Shown: in pieces, positions 59,236 through 64,000 of the stretch | How positions within the stretch are numbered: position 1 is the first letter of the stretch | Layout of the letters: every line of letters begins with the position of its first letter | Assembly (NCBI GenBank): GCA_966211335.1 | Contig: CBIHNF010000001.1 | Span: 151,079 to 215,078, forward strand | DNA length: 64,000 bases | Direction of reading: 5' to 3' | Source of the DNA: an uncultured Alphaproteobacteria bacterium | GTDB taxonomy: Bacteria; Pseudomonadota; Alphaproteobacteria; Micavibrionales; UBA2020 | Made by a program: the position numbers and the translations under genes | The notes under the pieces: generated by a model | What the model was told of the DNA's origin: nothing | Seen by the model: the letters and a program-made list of their open reading frames with translations, nothing else | The model's database searches: none

Positions 59236-59379
59236 TCAGCGCTGCGCAGCAGCCGGCACCGGCGCTTTCGGCGCCTCCTTCTGCTGCGGTACGTCCAGCG
59301 TCGCGATGGCCGTGAACAGTGTGGCGATAGCCGCGAGTTTGAAGGCGGCGGCGAGGACGTTTTTGGTATGCGGTTTCAT
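59236..59379 (-). CDS. Small (47 aa) hydrophobic-N-terminus peptide, below the ORF-track length cutoff
   Basis: I translated it manually as MKPHTKNVLAAAFKLAAIATLFTAIATLDVPQQKEAPKAPVPAAAQR. It starts 20 nt after the upstream gene's stop on the same strand and is followed by the bidirectional terminator. The 60-aa plus-strand ORF here looks like a shadow. Confidence 0.4.
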   Translation of the reverse strand: MKPHTKNVLAAAFKLAAIATLFTAIATLDVPQQKEAPKAPVPAAAQR

Positions 59380-59399
59380 GTCATTATCTTTCGATTGAA

Positions 59400-59798
59400 T
59401 TAGCGGCTTGCAGCAGGCGCGACCGGTTTGGCCGAGAGAATGTTGCGGTAGTGGCTCGTCACCTGGCTGCGGTAGCCGTTGACCTGAAGGTCATACTGCT
59501 GGCCGCGCTGCAGCTGGCCCTGGACGTCGGAGGAGTTGAACTTGCCCTTCAGCCAGTTGTCCGTGTTCTGGAAGACTTCCTTATCAGTGAAGACGATATA
59601 TTTGCTGTCGATGTCATCGCCGTTGCGGGTGACCTGACGCTCTTTATCCGTCACGGTCACGCGCACGGTTTCGGTGGGGCTGGTCTGGCTGGCGATTTCA
59701 ACGCCGGCGCCGACGATAATGCCGGCGGCGACGAGGCCGAAGAGCAGGTTGAATGCCGACGGCGCGCCGCGCAGCGGGTTGGGGAAATTATTTCTCAT
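59400..59798 (-). CDS. Small exported or membrane-anchored protein, paralog A
   Basis: An N-terminal hydrophobic segment (AFNLLFGLVAAGIIVGAGV) is followed by ETVRVTVTDKE...SKYIVFTDKEVFQN...KGKF...YDLQVNG...YRNILSAKPV, which is shared with the upstream gene. Confidence 0.6.
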   Translation of the reverse strand: MRNNFPNPLRGAPSAFNLLFGLVAAGIIVGAGVEIASQTSPTETVRVTVTDKERQVTRNGDDIDSKYIVFTDKEVFQNTDNWLKGKFNSSDVQGQLQRGQQYDLQVNGYRSQVTSHYRNILSAKPVAPAASR

Positions 59799-59825
59799 GG
59801 TTATACACTCCTCATATTTTTTAAA

Positions 59826-60170
59826 TTATTGCCGCGGGCCTTCAACCAGCTTCGCGGATTTGATGCTGCGGCTATATGACGGCGGCCACAGCTGGATATT
59901 CGCCGATTTCAGGTTGAATTCGTAGAAAGCGCCTTCCTTGATATCTGCGCCCTTCACGCCCGGCACTTCGTTGAAGGTGTCGAACTTGCCTTTGTTGGTA
60001 TAGATGAAATAAGGGCGCTTGGACGCATCGGGGTCTTCCGACGCCTCGACCTTGCCGGTCACGCGGGCGCGCACGGTTTCAGGATAGTCGGTAAATTTGT
60101 AGAGGGCGGCGGGTGCCATAAGGGTGCCGGTCACAAGCGCCGCGCCGAGGAAGATGCCAGATAACTTCAC
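59826..60170 (-). CDS. Small exported protein, paralog B
   Basis: A signal-like N-terminus (MKLSGIFLGAALVTGTLMAPA) is followed by ETVRARVTGKVE...RPYFIYTNKGKFDTFN...KGADI...YEFNLKS...YSRSIKSAKLV. Confidence 0.6.
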   Translation of the reverse strand: MKLSGIFLGAALVTGTLMAPAALYKFTDYPETVRARVTGKVEASEDPDASKRPYFIYTNKGKFDTFNEVPGVKGADIKEGAFYEFNLKSANIQLWPPSYSRSIKSAKLVEGPRQ

Positions 60171-60458
60171 GCTGCTAACTTTCCTATTATAAGGTCTAAC
60201 AATCTGCCGGGATTCTCTAAAGGTCTGAAAAGGTTATAGACAGTCGAATTCTTTATGTCAAACATAACTTTGGAAAATAATCATCTTTACGGTGTAGAGA
60301 ACCCGCTAAACTGCCAGTTAAATCAGCCGTTTAACCCTGTAACAATCTGTCATGAAGAGTGACTTCTGGTGCATTGCCGCATTTGTTACAACAGGGTGAA
60401 GGAAAGTCTTCCTTGTCAAAGTCAACTATCCCGTTCAAACAGCCTCAGGTTTTAAAAA

Positions 60459-61415
60459 ATGCTGACCTCGGTCTCGCAACATACCGTCAAAAACCCGATC
60501 ACCATTACCGGTGTCGGCGTTCACTCGGGCGCGGCCGCGACCATGACCATCAAGCCGGCCATGGCCTTCACCGGCATCCTGTTTGTGCGCACGGACATTA
60601 AAGACCGCCCGAATGTCATTTCCGCCCGCTGGAACAACGTGACCGACACCAAGCTCTGCACCGTTTTGTCGAACGCCGAAGGCGCGACCGTTTCGACCGT
60701 CGAACACCTGCTCTCTGCTTTCGCGGCGCTGGGCCTTGATAACGCCGTCATCGAAATCGACGGCCCTGAAATTCCGATCATGGACGGCAGCGCGAAAGCC
60801 TTCGTTGCCGCCATCGACAAAACCGGCCTGCTGCGCCAGAACGAGCATCGCCGCGTCGTCCGCATCAAGAAAACCGTGACCTATCAGGAAGGCGACAAGG
60901 AAGTCACCCTGTCTCCTTCTGACAGCCAGGTCTTCGGCTTTGAAATCGAATTCGCCAACCAGCTGATCGGCCGCCAGAAATACAGCCACCAGCTGAAGGA
61001 AGAATCCTACCGCCAGGATATTTCGACCGCGCGCACCTTCGGCTTCCTGCATGAAGTTGAAGCCTTACGTAAAATTGGCCTCGCCCGCGGCGGCAGCCTT
61101 GAAAATGCCATCGTCATTGACGGCGACCGCGTGATGAACGAAGGCGGCCTGCGCTTCAAAAACGAATTCGTCCGCCACAAAATCCTCGATGCCATCGGTG
61201 ATATTTACCTGATGGGCCTGCAGATGGTGGGGCAATACCACGGCGTGAAAGCCGGCCATGCCATGAACAACAAGATCCTGCATGTGCTGTTCTCCCAGCC
61301 GGATGCTTACGAAATTGTCGAACTGGGGTCGGAAGCGCCGCGCCGCGTGACCGTGCCGGTTGGCAAGTTCTATGGCGAAATCGACGCCCATGTGGCGGCG
61401 TCCGTCGTCGCCTAA
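60459..61415 (+). CDS. lpxC: UDP-3-O-acyl-N-acetylglucosamine deacetylase
   Basis: TGVGVHSG, TVEHLLSA, GPEIPIMDGSA, ARTFGF and HKILDAIGD are canonical LpxC motifs. Confidence 0.96.
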   Translation: MLTSVSQHTVKNPITITGVGVHSGAAATMTIKPAMAFTGILFVRTDIKDRPNVISARWNNVTDTKLCTVLSNAEGATVSTVEHLLSAFAALGLDNAVIEIDGPEIPIMDGSAKAFVAAIDKTGLLRQNEHRRVVRIKKTVTYQEGDKEVTLSPSDSQVFGFEIEFANQLIGRQKYSHQLKEESYRQDISTARTFGFLHEVEALRKIGLARGGSLENAIVIDGDRVMNEGGLRFKNEFVRHKILDAIGDIYLMGLQMVGQYHGVKAGHAMNNKILHVLFSQPDAYEIVELGSEAPRRVTVPVGKFYGEIDAHVAASVVA

Positions 61416-61513
61416 GGCTTTATCGCCTAAGCCATTCTTTTCATTTCCGCTCTGCCCAAACCATGGTATAAAAACCATAGGTTTTGTATTCCTTTTGTTC
61501 TAGGCATTCTGGC

Positions 61514-62338
61514 ATGTTCATCCGTCAAAAGCTGGCTACCTGTTTCTGCATTCTCGCGCTCTTGAGCCTGACCGCCTGCGCGTCGGACAAAAAGGACGAC
61601 AAGGATTCCGCCGCCGAGCCTCAGGTGCCTGTGGAGCAGATGTATAACCGCGCCGCCCACACCCTTGATACCGGCGAATACTCGAGAGCCGCCAAGCAGT
61701 TTGACGAAGTCGACCGCCAGTACCCCTATTCGCAATGGGCGACGCGCAGCCAGCTGATGGCGGGCTACGCCCATTACAAAAACCTGAAGTACGATGAAGC
61801 CGTGCTGTCGCTCGACCACTTCATTGAACTGCACCCCGGCGACCCCGATGCCGCCTATGCCTATTACCTCCGCGCGCTGTGCTACTACGAACAAATTTCC
61901 GACGTGCGCCGCGACCAGAAGATGACCCAGCTCGCGCTCGACAACCTGCGCCAGATCGTCGACCGTTTCCCGGACAGCAAATATGCCCGTGACGCGCAGC
62001 TGAAAATCGATTTGACCACCGACCACCTGGCCGGCAAGGAAATGGAAATCGGCCGCTATTACCTCGAGCGCAACCAGTTCCAGGCTTCCATCCCGCGCTT
62101 CCAGAAAGTTGTCGACCAGTTCCAGACCACGACGCATGTGCCGGAAGCCCTGCACCGGTTGACGGAAGCCTATCTCTCGCTCGGCCTTGTCGATGAAGCG
62201 AAGAAGACCGCCGCCATTCTCGGCCATAACTATCCCAACAGCAGCTGGTATAAAGACAGCTACAAGCTATTTAACAAGAACTATGCGCAGGGCGGCAACA
62301 AGACGCTCTACGAAAAAACCGTCGGCAAAATGTTCTAG
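61514..62338 (+). CDS. bamD: Outer membrane protein assembly factor BamD (YfiO)
   Basis: The lipobox LSLTAC follows a signal peptide. TPR-like repeats include YNRAAHTLDTGEYSRAAKQFDEV, YPYSQWA and FPDSKYARDAQLKI. It is in the conserved lpxC-bamD-recN position. Confidence 0.9.
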   Translation: MFIRQKLATCFCILALLSLTACASDKKDDKDSAAEPQVPVEQMYNRAAHTLDTGEYSRAAKQFDEVDRQYPYSQWATRSQLMAGYAHYKNLKYDEAVLSLDHFIELHPGDPDAAYAYYLRALCYYEQISDVRRDQKMTQLALDNLRQIVDRFPDSKYARDAQLKIDLTTDHLAGKEMEIGRYYLERNQFQASIPRFQKVVDQFQTTTHVPEALHRLTEAYLSLGLVDEAKKTAAILGHNYPNSSWYKDSYKLFNKNYAQGGNKTLYEKTVGKMF

Positions 62339-62358
62339 GCCATTTTTAAGAGGGCTCC

Positions 62359-64000
62359 ATGTTAAGCAGCCTGACCATCCAGAACGTCATCCTGATCGAC
62401 AAGCTCACGCTTGAGGCGGACAAGGGGCTACTGGCCCTGACCGGTGAAACGGGCGCCGGCAAATCCATTCTCCTCGATGCGCTGGGCCTTGCCCTTGGCG
62501 CCAGAGCCGACGCCAACCTTGTGCGTCATGGCGAAGAACAGGCGAGCGTCACGGCGAGTTTTGAGCCGAAAGCCAACCACCCGGTTTACGCGCTGCTGAA
62601 AGACAAGGCGATTGATGCCGAAGGCGCGCTCATCCTGCGCCGCACGGTATCGAAGGATGGCCGCAGCAAGGGCTTTATCAACGATGCTCCTGTCTCTATC
62701 CAGCTGCTGAAGGAAGCCGGCGCGCTGCTGGTGGAAATCCACGGCCAGTTTGAAACCCAAGGCCTGCTCGACCCCGCAACGCACCTTGCGACGCTCGACA
62801 ATTACGCCGGCATTGCAGGCGATACCGCCGTGACGCGTGCGGCTTGGAAGCTGTGGCGGCAGGCAAAAGACAAGCTCGACCGCGCCATGACCGATATTGA
62901 AGCCGCGCGGCTGCAGGAAGAATATCTGAAGTACACAGTGGCCGAACTCGAAAAGCTCGACCCGCAGCCCGGCGAAGAGGAAATACTCGCCGAAAAACGT
63001 CAACTGCTTTTGAACCGCGAAAAAATGTCGGACGCCTTCCAGACCGCGAGCGACATCATTGAAGGCGAAGACGGTGCGCAGGCGCTGCTGAGCCGCTTGC
63101 AGGGCACGCTCGAAAAACTCTCCGCCAAGGCCGGCCCATCCATCAGCCCGCTGATTGACTCCCTTGCCCGCGCGCGCGGGGAGATTGACGATATCGCCTG
63201 GCAGATTGAAAAACTGAAAAACGGCGGCGGAACAACGGCCGATAAACTGGAAGATGTGGAGGAGCGTTATTTCTCCCTCAAAGAAATCGCCAAGAAGCAC
63301 CGCACCACGGTTGAAGGGCTGATCGCCGTTTATGACGACCTGTCGCAAAAGCTGCGCCTGATCACTCATCAGGAAGACACCCTCGCCGCCTTCAGCCGCG
63401 ATGTGGAAGACGCCCGCCAAAAGTTCATGGCCGCGGCGGAGAAGACCAGCGCGAAACGCCTCAAGGCCGCGCAGAAGCTGGCCAAGTCCGTAAATGCCGA
63501 ATTGCCGGACCTGAAGCTCGATAAAGCCCGCTTCGATGTTGAATGCGTCCGCGGCCGCGATGAAGACAGCTGGAATGCGGACGGTTTTGACCGCGTGCAA
63601 TTCGTCGTTTCCACCAACCCCTCGACCCCCGCAGGCCCCATTCACAAAATCGCTTCCGGCGGGGAACTCAGCCGCTTTATGCTGGCTCTGAAAGTCATTC
63701 TCGCTGAAACGGGCTCTATTCCGACGCTCATCTTTGACGAGGTTGACAGCGGCATCGGCGGCGCGACGGCGGACGCCGTGGGCGAACGGCTGCAGCGCCT
63801 TGCCAATAAATATCAGGTGCTGGTCGTGACCCACAGCCCGCAGGTCGCGGCCAGAGCCGCGCACCACTGGCACGTTGCCAAAACGGCAGCGGCGAAGGGC
63901 GCAAAGGCAGCGCCCGTCATCACCCGCATCACGCCGCTGACCGCCGCCGCGGCGCGTCAGGAAGAAATCGCCCGCATGCTCTCCGGCGCCGAAATCACCA
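62359..64000 (+). CDS. recN: DNA repair protein RecN, 3'-partial; it runs off the window
   Basis: I translated it manually as MLSSLTIQNVILIDKLTLEADKGLLALTGETGAGKSILLDALGLALG (Walker A). Later SGGELSRFMLAL and LIFDEVDSGIGG appear. It is absent from the ORF track because there is no stop before the window end. The 481-aa antisense ORF 62428..63873 is a shadow. Confidence 0.93.
   Translation, partial: MLSSLTIQNVILIDKLTLEADKGLLALTGETGAGKSILLDALGLALGARADANLVRHGEEQASVTASFEPKANHPVYALLKDKAIDAEGALILRRTVSKDGRSKGFINDAPVSIQLLKEAGALLVEIHGQFETQGLLDPATHLATLDNYAGIAGDTAVTRAAWKLWRQAKDKLDRAMTDIEAARLQEEYLKYTVAELEKLDPQPGEEEILAEKRQLLLNREKMSDAFQTASDIIEGEDGAQALLSRLQGTLEKLSAKAGPSISPLIDSLARARGEIDDIAWQIEKLKNGGGTTADKLEDVEERYFSLKEIAKKHRTTVEGLIAVYDDLSQKLRLITHQEDTLAAFSRDVEDARQKFMAAAEKTSAKRLKAAQKLAKSVNAELPDLKLDKARFDVECVRGRDEDSWNADGFDRVQFVVSTNPSTPAGPIHKIASGGELSRFMLALKVILAETGSIPTLIFDEVDSGIGGATADAVGERLQRLANKYQVLVVTHSPQVAARAAHHWHVAKTAAAKGAKAAPVITRITPLTAAAARQEEIARMLSGAEIT

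Noticed and set aside
60335-60395. An imperfect inverted repeat (ccctgtaacaa...ttgttacaacaggg) in the AT-rich region upstream of lpxC.
   Set aside because: The arms are short and interrupted by a 3-nt indel, and I know of no matching motif. It could be a regulator site, but the evidence is too weak to report as a feature.
62161-62358. A search for a GAAC-N7-GAAC / GTTC-N7-GTTC SOS box upstream of recN.
   Set aside because: I found none by eye in the 20-nt bamD-recN gap or in the last 200 nt or so of bamD. No claim of SOS regulation of recN can be made from this window.
62428-63873. A 481-aa minus-strand ORF.
   Set aside because: It is antisense to recN, whose plus-strand frame is open from 62359 to the window end and carries Walker A and SMC-signature motifs. 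recN is missing from the ORF track only because it has no stop codon within the window.

Overview
This is a GC-rich chromosomal segment with alphaproteobacterial gene content and order, and most of it is conserved housekeeping. It holds a complete dcw cluster without mraZ (rsmH-ftsL-ftsI-murE-murF-mraY-murD-ftsW-murG-murC-murB-[HAD, opposite strand]-ddl-ftsQ-ftsA-ftsZ), followed by lpxC-bamD-recN. It also holds gatCAB, ruvX, addB-addA, an interrupted sdhCDA...sdhB operon, purine nucleoside phosphorylase, two tandem AmpD-type amidases, RNase P RNA (rnpB) and tRNA-Ser(GCU).

The non-housekeeping content is:
1. The main candidate for an undescribed system is an orphan J-domain protein followed by five tightly packed tandem paralogous small ORFs (36113-39352). 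It lies between rnpB and the dcw promoter.
2. A four-gene signalling operon pairs a CHASE3-GAF hybrid kinase and a REC-HK-REC hybrid kinase with stand-alone CheR and CheB (1274-7787). No MCP, CheA or CheW gene is present in the window.
3. A Y-family DNA polymerase sits behind a GAAC-N7-GAAC SOS-type box.
4. A visibly AT-rich islet abuts the 3' end of tRNA-Ser and encodes a protein with a HEPN-type RNxxxH motif.
5. A TerD-domain protein with a hydrophobic insertion, plus a HAD phosphatase, is appended to gatCAB.
6. About 1 kb of lower-GC DNA splits sdhA from sdhB.
7. Three small exported proteins lie between ftsZ and lpxC.

Many long ORFs in the supplied track are antisense shadows typical of GC-rich DNA and were not called. 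All functional calls rest on motif recognition by eye; no searches were run.
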